NCBI GenBank assembly: GCA_002104905.1
Contig: MCFE01000450.1
Location: 9,062 to 73,061, forward strand
Length of the DNA stretch: 64,000 nucleotides
Source of the DNA: Basidiobolus meristosporus CBS 931.73
Taxonomy: Eukaryota > Fungi > Basidiobolomycota
Direction of reading: 5' to 3'
Shown piece after piece: positions 13,326 to 26,054 of the stretch (its first letter is position 1; every line of letters starts with the position of its first letter). Position numbers and translations under genes: made by a program. The notes beneath the pieces were generated by a model, which was not told where the DNA came from, made no database searches, and saw nothing but the letters and a program-made list of their open reading frames with translations.

Positions 13326-14020
13326 TGTTACTATTTAAGGAGTGAATTGGATCCAAGGAATATATTGAGAAAGAGTAATAATAGTTCAATTGTTGTTAAT
13401 TCATAAGTAGTTCAGCATTTCTACCCTTGTAAAATTAATACAGCTGCAATACTCAGTAAGAAGAGCTTCTTAACACTCAGGAGCATTCTGTAACAGTTCC
13501 AGGGTTAGTATATAATGTTTAATAATAGTGCTAATTTGCTCCTGACTATAGGGGAATAATCATAAGATCATAGATCTGAAGAAAGTGGCAAAGTAAGAGC
13601 TGTGAATTAGTCCCACAGTGACCAAGACTAGTCAGGAATTGCTAAGAAAATTCTTATTTGCAGAATGACACCAAATAGTCCAATATTTCAGCACTCCCCT
13701 TCAGCTAATTAATTTCTTAACTCTAATTCCTCCCTGAGATTCTCAAATTGTGGCCTAGCTAGTGATTTTATCAATATATCTGCCATCATTTTGTTAGAAG
13801 GGCAGTACACTAACTCTACTATGGTATTTTCTATAGCTTCCCTCACAAAGTGATGTTGTATATCAATGTGCTTGGTTCTGGCATGAATGATAGGATTTCT
13901 AGCTAACAAAATGCAACTTTGATTATCCTTGTAAATACATGTTGGTTCATCTGAGTTAAAAACCCAAGTCTTTGAATAATTTTTGTAGCCATATAGCCTC
14001 CTCAGTTGCTTGACATGCAG
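12999..14020. repeat. ~1 kb near-identical inverted duplication, arm 1 (partner ~29060-30083)
   Basis: Reverse-complement alignment shows only scattered mismatches across the Ty3-A fragment, Copia-2 LTR and RNaseH end. ORFs 13008-13193 and 29889-30074 differ at one residue. Confidence 0.9.
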
Positions 14021-17000
14021 CCATATATTTTGCTTCAGCTGTGGATAGGGCCACAGTTGTTTGTTTCTTTCAAATCCAAGTAACAGCTGCACCAGCATAA
14101 AGAATTACACCGCCTGTGTTAGAGTGTCTGTCAATCAGATCCCTACCCCAATCTGAATCACTATAACCATCAAATTTTTGCCTATTAGCTGCTCAAGAGT
14201 ATTTCAGTACCATACTTATGGTACCTTGTAAATATCTGAAAATCCACTTAACTGCTGCAATTTGATCTGATCCATAATTCTGCATGAGCTGACTGACTGT
14301 TCCAACTGCCACTGCATTATCTGGACATGTAGACACCATCAAACACATTAAGCTACTGACCATTGATTGATAGGGAAAGTTTTGGTCCATATTTAAGCTG
14401 CTTTCATCCAAAACTGGCTGAAACCTGCTTAATTTCAGGTTATTGTTCATAAAAGTAGCTGCAGGGTTGAAATTTTCCATTTTGAAGCATCTAAGAATGT
14501 TCTTGATGCACTTAGACCAATTCAGCATAATTTTCTGCATAGGTATGTCAAATTTGATATCAATTCCATGAAAATAGCTCATTTTCCAAGATCTGTCATC
14601 TCAAACTTACTGAAGAGATCTGATTTTGTCTTCTCAAGTGCCTTGTATTCACTTGTAGCTATAATCAGGTTCTCCACATAAAGAACTAGGATGATCACAC
14701 CCATTTTGATCTGTTTCATGTATATACTGTGATCTGCAGTGCTATGAGAGAACTCAATTTCCTATGAATATGTGTCAATCTTGTTATACCATACTCTAGG
14801 TGCCTGCTTAAGCCCATACAGCAATTTTCTAAGCTTGCATACCTTATGGGGGTCCTTTGCATCAGCAAAATCTTCTGGTTACTCCATATTTATATTGTCT
14901 TGCAAATACCCATTTAGAAAGGCTGTTTTGACATCTATTTGGTGTAGATCTAGACTTTGTACAGCTGCCAGGGCTAGAACCGTACTAATGGAGTTAAACT
15001 TAGCAACCAGAGCACATGTTTCCTTAAAGTCTAGTCCCTGGACATGGGAATAGCCTTAAGCCACCAATCTAGCCTTGTACTTATCAACAGCACCATTTGA
15101 GGTTATCATGATCTTGTAGACCCATCTACATCCTATTGGCTCTCTCCCATTTGGTTAGTCTACTAGTTGCCATGTTATTTCCTTGATCAGTGATTGGTAT
15201 TCCTCCTGCATGGCTTGTTGCTACATAGTAGCATCTGGACTTTGCATTGCCTGATCCAGATTCTGAGGTTTGATACATAAGGCAAGATAAGCTTCTTCAT
15301 CATCTTTGGATGTCTGCCACCAGGATCCATGGGCATTTCTTATTCTGGTGGATCTCCTGACTGGGATAATCTGCTCTGATCTGGAACTGGTAGAATTATC
15401 ATCTGTATCTGGTTGAATTATGTACATATCTTCTTCATTAGTGTTGATTGCATCATCAGGTAGCTGGCCAATGATTTCAGTGGCTTTGCAATGTGAATTC
15501 CCCTGAAATACAATGACCCTGCTCTTGATCAGCTTCTGAATTTTGCCATCATACACTCTATACCCTTTAGTATCTTCACAATACCCAAGAAAGATCCCTT
15601 TCCTACTTTTTGGCTCCAACTTTGAGCGTTTTTTGTCCAGGATGTGATAAAAACATCACTGCCAAAGATCTGGAGGTACTGAAAATCTGGTTTTTTGCCT
15701 GTATATGCTTCAAAGGTGAAGAATCTTGTGGTGCTGTAGTGGGGCATCTGTTCTTGATATACACTGCGGTAGCAACAGATTCAGCCTAAAACCTGTAGTC
15801 CACTCCCTTATCATGTATCATTAATTTTACCAACACTACTATTGTTTTATATGCACATTCTGCTACTCCATTTTCCTGTGTAGTATGAGGAACTGTGGTC
15901 TGTTGAAGTATACCAGTAGATGAGCAGTATTTTGCAAATTCCTTTGAAAAGTATTCTCCTCCATTGCCACTATGTAGTACCTTCAGTTCACACCCAGTTG
16001 GTGTTTCTGGCATGTTCTTGAAGTGCATAATCATCTCTAAAGCTTCATCCTTTGTTTTGAGGAAGTGCACCCATGTATATCTTGTTTTGTCATCAACAAA
16101 CATCATGACGTATCTATTAGCTCCAAAGGACAGTGTTCTCATGGGGCCACATATGTCTGAGTGTACAATAGCCAATATTTGCTGGTATTGATGCCTTCTG
16201 AGCTCTTGAAATGTTGCCTAGCTTGTTTGCCACATGACCATCCCTTACAAACACTCAATTTGATTGGAATTGAGTATTTTAGGCCCAAAACAAGCTATTT
16301 TTTGCCCATTGGCACATTTTCCGTTCCCCAATGAGTCCTGGCCTCCTATGCCATTTCTCCAAGTTGGTTTTATCAGTTTCAGCAATGTTGACATAATCAG
16401 GTACAATAATCTTGCATTGTAACTTGTATATTGCAATCTCTGATTCCCAAAGTTAATTTTTGTCCATTTTCACTCAATATTGGGCAACTCATCTTAGTAA
16501 AACAAATTTTAGTCCCTGAGCAGTTGCTTTACTGACTGAGAGTAGGTTCTTAGCTATTCCAGGTACATAGAGTACATCAGTTAGTCTTGCTGTTGTTGCC
16601 CATGAGCTATTGCTCATATTTAGCTGTATAGACCCACTGGCAGTAGCTGCCAGAGCAGAGTTATCTCATAGACAAACCTTGCCTATGCAAATTGTCTTTA
16701 AGTTGCTGAACCACTTCTTTAAACCACAAATATGCTGTGATGGTCCAGAGTCAATATACCATTCATTACTTTCGTTGCTTGCACTCTCTTGTACAGTTAC
16801 AAGTAATTGTACATCAGTAGTTATGTAGTTTGCCTGCTATAGTTTCTGTTTTTTGTCTGCTTGTTTCCTTTCGCATTCTCTTGCCCAGTCTCCTAGCCTC
16901 TTACAGTAGCTACAGCAACCAGGTTTTCCTTGCTTTTCTTGCTTTCCCTTCTTTTCTGTGTGCCATACTAAGCTAAATAAAGCATTTTCTCCAATTTTTG

Positions 17001-18001
17001 CTGCTTGATCATTAAGTCTGAGTTCTTCATGGAGAAGCCTTTTTCAGAGATAGTCTAAAGTCAAGTAGTCTTCTCTGCTTTCAAAGTAAGTGTGAGTGGC
17101 TCATACCTGCCCAGTAGGCTGCAAAGTTGACAGAGTATCTTTTTTTCATTATCTACACCTGCATTAATACTGTAAAGTTCTACTGCAAGTGTCTCCACTC
17201 TGGCAATGAGTTGTAGCATGTCATCATTGGGCTTCTTCCTCATGTTGAAAAAGTTTTGTTTTAAATAAAGCTTGCTTGATACTGACTTTGCTCTAAGGAT
17301 CTTCTCTAACAATTCCCATGCTGCTTTGGCAGTGTTTGAGGCATGGATTTGTCCAATGAAGGAATCTTGCACATTGATATCTGTGGCATTAAAGGCCTTT
17401 CTCTCCGTTTCTTGAAACTTCTCTACTACTTATGCCATTCCTTTGGGCTCAACTTCTGTTCCTGCCACTATATTCCAAAGCTTCCTTTCTCAAGATGGAT
17501 CTGCATCTTGATTATCCAAAGTCTGTAGTTCTTCCCATCAAACCTCCCCATTACAGGGAAGATGTTTGTGGTGTTCTGTTTGCTGGTAGAAGTCATTTTT
17601 AGAATAGATTAAGGTAATCAGGGCACATAACCTGTTGAAATTTAAGAAGTGATTTGGATATAAGGAACTTATTAAGACATAGTGATAATAGCTGAACTGT
17701 TGTTTATTAATAAAGAAGCTTAGTATTTATACCTTTGTAGAAGTAATACGTCTGTAACACTAAGTAAGGAAGGTTCCTCAATATTCAGGAGCATTCTCTA
17801 ACAGTTTCAGGGTTAATACATAATGTTTAGTAATAGTGCTAATTTGCTCATAACTATAGGGGAATAATCATAAGATCATAGATCTGAAGAAAGTGGCAAA
17901 GTCAGAGCTCTAAATTAGTCCCACAGTGACCAAGACTAGTCCAGAATTGTTGAGTAGATTGTTAGCTGCCAAATGATACCAAATGGTCCAATATTTCAAC
18001 A
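13326..18001 (-). mobile_element. Near full-length degenerate Ty1/Copia element (family 2)
   Basis: 3' LTR 13326-13693; PPT CTCCCCTTC; RNaseH ([16 protein letters not shown]), RT, integrase (HSDICGP, GGEY, NGVAE) and gag relics; PBS GGTTATGTGCCC at ~17621-17632; 5' LTR 17633-18001. Confidence 0.9.
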
Positions 18002-18039
18002 GCAAAATGGTTTGCAATAAGGTAAAGAATGTTTAAGGG

Positions 18040-19850
18040 GCATTTGTGAAGTCAAGACTACTGACCGAGTTACAAATCCTGATATAAAAGTTGTAGAAAA
18101 ATAGGGAGCTTAGCAAGTATTGTATTCACCAAATCTTGAACTGATTTTCATTGATGTTTCAGCAGCTTCTTACACACATTTTGCAGATCAGTTGCCAACC
18201 AATTGAATTTCCTAATGTAGCTTGTGGCTGATGACTCATTCAATATCTTCATCATCATCACACAAACAGACCCTGCTTTAGTGACCTACTTCTGTATGAT
18301 TAAGATCTGCTGACTCATCTGCTGATCAATTTATTGATTTGTTGGAAAACACTGATATACTGATAGGCTACACATAAAATTAATTGATTAGACTGGAAAC
18401 TGATCTAACTAATATATTCAAGCAGTAGATCATGACAACTAAGTACCCATAATGGCCATATCTGGTCCAGAATACTGTCTTGCTGATGTCTTGTAGTTTC
18501 ACCCTAATTTGGTTGTTACCTGACATGAGATCAATCTTGCTCAATATGATGGCTCCATTGAGTTGGCCCAAAAGCTCATCAGTCCCAGGTATGTGGTACT
18601 TATTCATTATGGAAACATAGTTATGGGCTCTATAATCAATGCTCATCCTAAGTGTTTCATTTTTCTTTTTCAGAAAAACCTCTGGTACTCCCTAAGGTGA
18701 CCTGTTGGGTCTGATGTATCCTTGCTTCAATAGTTGATCAATTTGACACTACATCTCCTGCTAAGCTTACTTATCTCACACATACTGGTATTGGCCATGT
18801 CAAAATCCAGTCTGGCAGGTAACAGCTCATAGGCCTTGTCCTTGCAAGTCTGAGTAGCATGGGTTCTCCAGTTGATTCATGGATTACAACCAAATAGCCA
18901 GGCCTTTTCAAGTACAACGTCATACTTGCAGTTCCCCAATATATATGCCTGTAGGTCTTCTCTATAGTCTTTGTTGTTCATTCTTACTGGCTGAGTAATA
19001 TCATTGATAAAGGTAGAGTTGCCATCTCCTGTTGAAACCAAAGTTAATTTTTGTGCTCTGAGTTAATTCCAGCTTATAAGTCAAATTGCTATTACATGTA
19101 CTCAAATGATGCTCCTGAGTCAATCCTGATCTTGGCAAGTACTCCATTGATTGCTCCATTCATGTATAATAGCTTCCCTGGAGCAGAGGACATTAGGAAC
19201 ATGTATTCTTATGTAAATGGAAGGTGCGTTTTGAGTTTTCCTCAAGTTCATCCTCCATGCTATCATGCTGAAGGGCTTTGATGTGGCTGAAGGCTCTTGT
19301 TGACCGGTGACCATGTCTTTTCTGATGTCAGTACCCTCAGATATGACCTTGTTGGTGAAAGTTAAAACAGATTCTTCTCTTCTTGCATACTTTTGGAGTA
19401 GAATTCCTCTGAATAGCATCTATTTCCATTGGCGCTGCTCTTGATTGTCTTCTTTCATAGTCATTGAAGCCTTTCTGATCAGTCATTGTAAGTTTTCCAG
19501 CTGCAAGCATAGCTAGTCATAGTTGATGGAAATCATGATGGCTTCCTAAATAGTCTGAGGTCTTTGATAATTCACTTCCTTGAAAGCTCTTACTTTCAGG
19601 TGTTCAATAAGTTATACAACTTGGTCAAGGGGTGCTATTCCTTCAATTTTTCCAAGTGGCCATCAATACTCATAGATGTATTCTTGAGCTGTTCCTCTAC
19701 AGCTGACTGTCTTCAGCTACCTTCTTAGTAGTATATGCTGGTGGGAGTGTTCAAGGCATCTTAATTCCCAACACAAGCTCAATCCCAGGTAAAGATGGTA
19801 GAGCATGTTGCAATATTGAGCTATTTAGTATCATTCAGTAACTAAAGGTT
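18040..19850 (-). mobile_element. Heavily deleted Ty3-A copy (LTR, RT fragment, protease and gag relics)
   Basis: LTR-like 18040-18420; SKIDLMSG RT motif (18380-18646); LIIDSG-type protease relic ~19100; gag relic to ~19800. Confidence 0.75.
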
Positions 19851-21121
19851 CACTTAGTGACTCTGGACTAGTCTAGGTCACTGTACAACCCTAACTTAGA
19901 GCGCTAACTTTGCTATTTTCTTCAATTCCTGATCCTAAAAATATTCCCCTATAGTCAAGATCAAATAAGCACTTTTTGCAAACATTATGTACTAACCCAG
20001 AATCCGCTATAGAATGCTCCTGAATGTTAAGAAACCCTCCTTACTTAGAGTTACAGTTGTATTACTTTTATAAGGGTCAATATACTGAGCCTCTATATTG
20101 ATAAGCAACAGGTTAACTATTACCACTATTACTTAATATATTCATTTTTTCCAAATTACTTCTTAAAATGTACCAGGTTAGGAGTTCCAACTGCCTTAAT
20201 TTACTCCAAAGATGACTTCTACCAGTAAACAGAACAATACAAACATCTTCCCTATAAGCAAGAGGCTTGATGAGAGGAACTACAAACTTTGAAGAATCAA
20301 TATGCAGATCCACCTTGAGGAAAGAAAGCTTTGAAATATAGTAACAGGAAAAGAAGCTGAGCCTAAAGGAACAGCAGAAGAAGTGGAGAGATTTCAAGAG
20401 AAGTAGAGAAAGACCTTTGATGCCATGTGTATCAATAACTGAGATTCCTTCATTGGACAAATTCATGATTGAAATGCAGTCAAAGTAGCATGGGCATCCT
20501 TGGAGAAGACCTTTAGAGCAAAATCAGTATCAAGCAAGCCTTTTCTATAAAAGAGTTTGTTACCACAATGAAAAACACTGCGGATATCATGCCAGAGCTC
20601 ATAACCCAAATGAAGAAATTTGCAGAAGAACTCTATAGTGTTAATGCTGGTGTAGAAGATGAAGAAAGGATACTCTGTCAGCTTTGCAGCTCATCAGACA
20701 AGTATGAGCTACTCAAATTTGCTTTTGAAAGCCAGGAAGACAATCTGACTTTAGACTATGTCAATGGGAGACACTTCACACAGGACTTAGATATAATGAT
20801 CAAACAGAGAAAATTGAAGAGAATGCTTTATCCAGCTTGGCATGGCACACAGAAAAGAAGGGAAAGCAAGAAACCTAAGGAAAACCTGGTTGCTGTAGCT
20901 ACTGTAAGAGGCTAGGAGATTGGGCAAGAGAAGGCAAGAAGTAACAAGCAGACAAAAGACAGAAACTAGAGCAGGCAAACTATATAACTACTGATGAACA
21001 GTTATTTGTAAATGTACATGAGAGTACAAGTAACAAAATAATGAATGGCATATTGACTATGGAGCATCACAGCATATTTGCGTTTTAAAGAGGTGGCTTA
21101 GCTACTTAAAGACTATTCCCA

Positions 21122-24100
21122 AGTTGTAAGTCTTGGTATAAGGGTTGTAGAGGAATAGGGAGTTTAGCTAGTATTGTATTCACTAAAACTTGAACTGATC
21201 TTTATGGAGGTTCCAGCAGCTCGTTATATACATTTTGTCAGATCAATTGCTGACTAATTGTATTTACTAATGTAGGTTGTGGCTGATGACTCATTTGATT
21301 GCATCATCATCACCCAGTAAGATCCTACTGAATATATCTATTTCTGCCTGATAAGGATCTGCTGATTCATTTGCTGACTAATACTACTGATTTCATAGAC
21401 AATACTGATAAACTGATAACCTAAACATACACTAATTGATTTGACTAAAAACTGATCTAACTTAAACATTCAAGCGGCAGATCATAACATTCTCCCTTGC
21501 TAAAGTTGAGAGGGTTCTCCTGAATCTCTTTTCTTGTGATACCAATACCTTGGCGGTTCAGTATTATCAGCAAGTCTTGCAAGCTTGAGTCTGTCCCTAT
21601 GCACTAAGTCTTCCCAGATATTGCCTTGTTTGTCCACCAGTTGGTAAGTTGCAAATGGACATTCTCTGATGATCTTGAATGGTCCTGTCCATTGTGGCTC
21701 AAGCTTCTTCCAAGTGTTGTTTCTTATCAATACAAAGTTCCCAACTGTCAATGCTTCTGGTGCTATAGTCTTATCAAATCTCTGCTTCATCTTTTCTGCA
21801 CTCTGAGATACTTTAGTCTGTGCCTCTTGACATCTTTGTTCCAGTTACTGGTGTCTACTTGGCTGACTGAGTTCATCTTCTAAGGTGTCTGTAAGCTTTG
21901 GTTGTGTGAGATCTCCTGGAATCCTTGGTTCACATCCATACACTAAGTAAAATGGTGATTGCTGGGTGGTGTTGTGTACTCTGACTCTGCATGCAAAGAG
22001 TGCTTGGTCTATATACTCATCCCATCTACTGACAACTCCATTTGCATACTTGGTCAGCATTTTTCCAAATAATCCATCAAACTGCTCAGTGACTCCATTA
22101 GTTCTGGGGTGATATGCCAAGGTTTTCAAGTGTCTGATCTGCCGCATTTCCAGGTAAGCCTCCAATGTCTTTGCCGTAAAGCTTGCACCTCTATCAGATA
22201 AGATCTCCACAGGGCATCCAAACTTCATAAGGATCTCATGGTAGATGAAACTTGCAACTTCTTGTTCACTGGCTATAGGTACAGCTTTAGCCACTGGCCA
22301 TTTTGTAGCATGGTCAGTTGTTACTAGGATCCAATGGTTGCATTTCCTGGTAGTTGGCAGTCTTCCAATAAAGTCAATTCCCCATCTTTCAAATGGTCTT
22401 ACAGGCTCCAAGGGAAAGAGCCTGGCAATTCTCTGTGGTTGACCTTGGTTGATTTGGCAACTTGGGCATGTTTTCACTAGCTTCTCAATGTCTTGCTTCA
22501 TTCTGGGCCGCCATGCTCTGGCTTTCATAAGACTACAGGTTACTTCAATTCCAAGATGTCCATATCCATTATGTAGCTTATGCATTAAATCCAGGCAAGA
22601 AACATAAGGGCAATAGGCAATAGGGCTTCCATCAACAATTTGGTAGAGTGTTTCATCCTGTACTACAAATTTGCTGGCTTCAATCCAGATCATCTTCTTG
22701 ATATCTTCATTCACCTCATTAGGAATGGCTTGGTCCTCCAGGTACTTTGGTAATAGGCTAGGCCAATCTGATTCATGCACCAAGTTAAGTTGTGCAACTT
22801 GATCTAATCTTGATAAGGCATCAGCAACCGTGTTGTTTTTTCCAAGGCAGTAGACAATCTCCAAGTCAAATTGCTGAATGTATTCACTCCATCTTGTCAT
22901 TCTTCTAGTGAGTACCTTTTGAGTAAATATATACTTGAGGGAGGCATGATCAGTGTCCACAGTGCATTTGACTCCTTCAATACAGCATCTCCATGTCTTC
23001 AAACAGTGTATTATAGCAAGCATCTGCTTCTCATGGACTGGATAGTTTTGTTCTGCTGAGTTCAGTTTCTTGGATTCAAAGGCAACAGGGTAGTCCTTTC
23101 CCTTATGTTCTTGGCTCAGCACTCCTCCAATTGTATAATCTGAAGCATCTCTGCACATAGTGAACTCTTTTTTGAAGTCTGGTATTCTTAAGCTTGGCAG
23201 CTTAGCAAGTTCATTCTTGAGTGTCTGGAAGGCAGTCTCACAAGCTATGTCCCACTTGTAGGTATTGTCTTTCTTGAGGATATCAGTTAAAGGGGCTGCA
23301 ATACTTGCAAACAACTTGACAAATCTCTGATAAAAGGAAACCATTCCAAAGAATGATCTGAGCTCTGATATGCTATGGGGCTGCTTCAGATTCTTGATTA
23401 CTTCCACCTTCTTAGGGTTTAAGGTTACTCCTGTGCTAGTCACTATGTGTCCCAGATATTCATTGTGTTCCTTGAAGAGTTCACACATGGGTAGCTTGCC
23501 ATAAAGCTTGTTCTCTCTTAGCTTCTTCAAGACCTTTTCAATGTGCACCAAGTGATCCTCTTCTGTCTTGCTGTATATCAGTATATCATCTAGGCTGATT
23601 ATGACAAACTTGTCAAAGTACTCCTGAAAGACAGTCTGCATCAGGGTCATGAAAGTTGCAGGGGCATTAGTGAGGCCAAAACTCATGACTAAGTACTTGT
23701 AATGTCTATATCTGGTCCTGAATGCTGTCTTAGGAATGTCTTCTGGCTTCACCCTAATCTGGTTGTATCCTGACATGAGGTCAATCTTGCTGAAAATAGT
23801 GGCTCCATTGAGTTGGTCCAAGAGCTCATCAATCCAAGGTATGGGGTACTTATTCTTCATGGTAACTGAGTTCAGGGCTCTGTAGTCAATGCACATCCTA
23901 AGTGTTCCATCCTTCTTCACAAAAAGTACTGGTGCTCCCCAAGGTGACTTGCTGGGTCTGATATATCCTTGCTCCAGTAACTGATCTATTTGTCTCTTTA
24001 TCTCTTCCAACTCCAATGGACTCATTCTGTAAGGTGTCTTACTCACTGGAGGGCTATCTCCTGTTTCAATTGCATGATCCACGTCTCTGACTGGTGGTAG

Positions 24101-26054
24101 GCTTACAAGCTCTTCTGGAAATACATCTGAATATTTCTTCAAGAGAGTCTGGACCTGCTGGGGTGCTGGAATAGAGGAATCCTCTTGTAATACCGCCATG
24201 AGGAACATCTGGGTAACTTTTCTAAGTGCTCTACAGAACTGGGTCTTGCTAAGTTCACTTGTCTCACACATAGTGGAATTGACCAAGTTGAAATTCATCC
24301 TGGCAGGTAATAGCTCATAAGTCTTGTTGTCCTTTTGGATCTGAGTAGCATGGGTTCTCCAGTTGATCGATGGATTACAACAAAATAGCCAGGTTTTTCC
24401 AAGTACAAGGTCAAACTTGCAGTTCCCAAACATATAAGCCTGTAGGTTTTCTTCATAGTCATTGATCTTCATTCTTACTGGCTGAGTAATATGGTTGATT
24501 ATGTGAGAGTTCCCATCAGCTGTGGAGACTGAAGTTGATTTGGTAGGTTCCAAGTTGATTCCAGCTTACAAGGCAAATTGTTCTGACATGTATTCATGTG
24601 ATGCTCCTGAGTCAATCATGATTTTGGCAGGTACTCCCTTGATTACTCTATTTAAGTACAATAACTTCCCTGAGTTTGAGGTCATTTGGGACAAGTACTC
24701 TTCTGTCATATGAACAGTGAGTTCTGAGTCTTCTTCAAGTTCTTCCTCCATGCTACTATGCTCCATGGCCTCAATACGGTTAAAGGTTCTTGATGGCTGG
24801 TGTCTATTTCTTCTCTGAGGGCAGTACTTTGCAATATGTCCTTGCTGGTGGCAATTGAAGCAAGTCCTTTCTTCTTACATTCTTCTGAGGTAGGATTCTT
24901 CTGCATAGCATCTATTTTCATTGGCACTGCTTCTGACTGTCTTCTTCATAGCAATTGTAGCCTCTCTGATTAGTCATTGTGGGCTTCCCAACTCCAAACA
25001 TAGCTGAGTCATAGTCAATGGCAATCTTGATGGCTTCTTTGATAGTCTGAGGTCTTTGATAATTCACTTCCTTACAAGTTCTTTCTTTCAACCCATCAAT
25101 AAAGTATTCAACTTAATCCAGAGGGCCAATTCTTTCAATATGCCCAAGTAGACATCTATATTCATAGATGTACTCTTGGACCATTACTTTTTGTCTGAGT
25201 GTCTTCAACTTCCTTTTTAGTAGTGTCTGCTGTTGTGGAGGTTCAAAGCATCCTGAATGTTCAACACAAAATCATCCGGTGTAGAGATTGTAGAGCATCC
25301 CATCATAGTGGCTGATCTGATCCTGTTGTGGTACCACTGCAAAGCTGTGTCTGCCAGGTAAGAGGCTGCATAATGTAACTTGCTTTCTGGAGCAATTTCT
25401 TTAGCCTTAAACACTTCTTCAATCCAAAAGAGCCAAGTTCCCAAGTTTTCATTGACTCTGCCATGGTACCAGTTGACCTTCACACTAAAGTTGCTCTTGA
25501 CAGGGTTTTGCTGGCTTTGAGCCATGGCAGTCAATCCTTGTTGCTGCTGGCTCAGGATCTGGAGTAACTGTTGCTGCTGGGCCAGGATTTGCTGCATAGC
25601 ATTCTTCCATTCTTGATTTTCTGACATCTTGAGGGTGGTTTCTTCTTTCTTCAGGAGGGAGGTTTCTGGTTATTGTTGCCACCAATGTTACAAGTCTTGG
25701 TATAAGAGTTGGAGAGGAATTGGGAGTTTAGCTAGTATTGTATTCACTAAAACTTGAACTGATCTTTATTGAGGTTCCAGCAGCTCCTTATATATATTTT
25801 GTCAGATCAATTGCTGACTAATTGTATTTCCTAATGTAGGTTTTTGGCTGATGACTCATTTGATTGCATCATCATCACCCAATAAGATCCTACTTAATAT
25901 ATCTATTTCTGTCTGATAAGGATCTGCTGATTCATTTGCTGACTAATGCTACTGATTTCATAGATAATATTGATATACTGATAACCTAAACATATACTAA
26001 TTGATTTGACTAAAAAATGATCTAACTTAAACATTCAAGTGGCAGATCACAACA
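21122..26054 (-). mobile_element. Full-length Ty3/Gypsy element (family A)
   Basis: LTRs 21122-21489 and 25686-26054 (~369 bp); PBS-like TGGTGGCAAC; PPT GCAAGGGAGAA; gag relic 25217-25627; flanks CCCA and CCTG, consistent with an eroded 4-bp TSD CCCG. Confidence 0.92.
21845..24553 (-). CDS. Ty3-A pol polyprotein remnant (RT, RNaseH, integrase), 902 aa open frame
   Basis: KIDLMSGYNQI and SLDDILIYS (RT; the YxDD tyrosine is mutated), DASD (RNaseH), HNGYGH..CPSCQ, GIDFIG..SDRG..E (integrase). Probably non-functional. Confidence 0.9.
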   Translation of the reverse strand: MEPTKSTSVSTADGNSHIINHITQPVRMKINDYEENLQAYMFGNCKFDLVLGKTWLFCCNPSINWRTHATQIQKDNKTYELLPARMNFNLVNSTMCETSELSKTQFCRALRKVTQMFLMAVLQEDSSIPAPQQVQTLLKKYSDVFPEELVSLPPVRDVDHAIETGDSPPVSKTPYRMSPLELEEIKRQIDQLLEQGYIRPSKSPWGAPVLFVKKDGTLRMCIDYRALNSVTMKNKYPIPWIDELLDQLNGATIFSKIDLMSGYNQIRVKPEDIPKTAFRTRYRHYKYLVMSFGLTNAPATFMTLMQTVFQEYFDKFVIISLDDILIYSKTEEDHLVHIEKVLKKLRENKLYGKLPMCELFKEHNEYLGHIVTSTGVTLNPKKVEVIKNLKQPHSISELRSFFGMVSFYQRFVKLFASIAAPLTDILKKDNTYKWDIACETAFQTLKNELAKLPSLRIPDFKKEFTMCRDASDYTIGGVLSQEHKGKDYPVAFESKKLNSAEQNYPVHEKQMLAIIHCLKTWRCCIEGVKCTVDTDHASLKYIFTQKVLTRRMTRWSEYIQQFDLEIVYCLGKNNTVADALSRLDQVAQLNLVHESDWPSLLPKYLEDQAIPNEVNEDIKKMIWIEASKFVVQDETLYQIVDGSPIAYCPYVSCLDLMHKLHNGYGHLGIEVTCSLMKARAWRPRMKQDIEKLVKTCPSCQINQGQPQRIARLFPLEPVRPFERWGIDFIGRLPTTRKCNHWILVTTDHATKWPVAKAVPIASEQEVASFIYHEILMKFGCPVEILSDRGASFTAKTLEAYLEMRQIRHLKTLAYHPRTNGVTEQFDGLFGKMLTKYANGVVSRWDEYIDQALFACRVRVHNTTQQSPFYLVYGCEPRIPGDLTQPKLTDTLEDELSQPSRHQ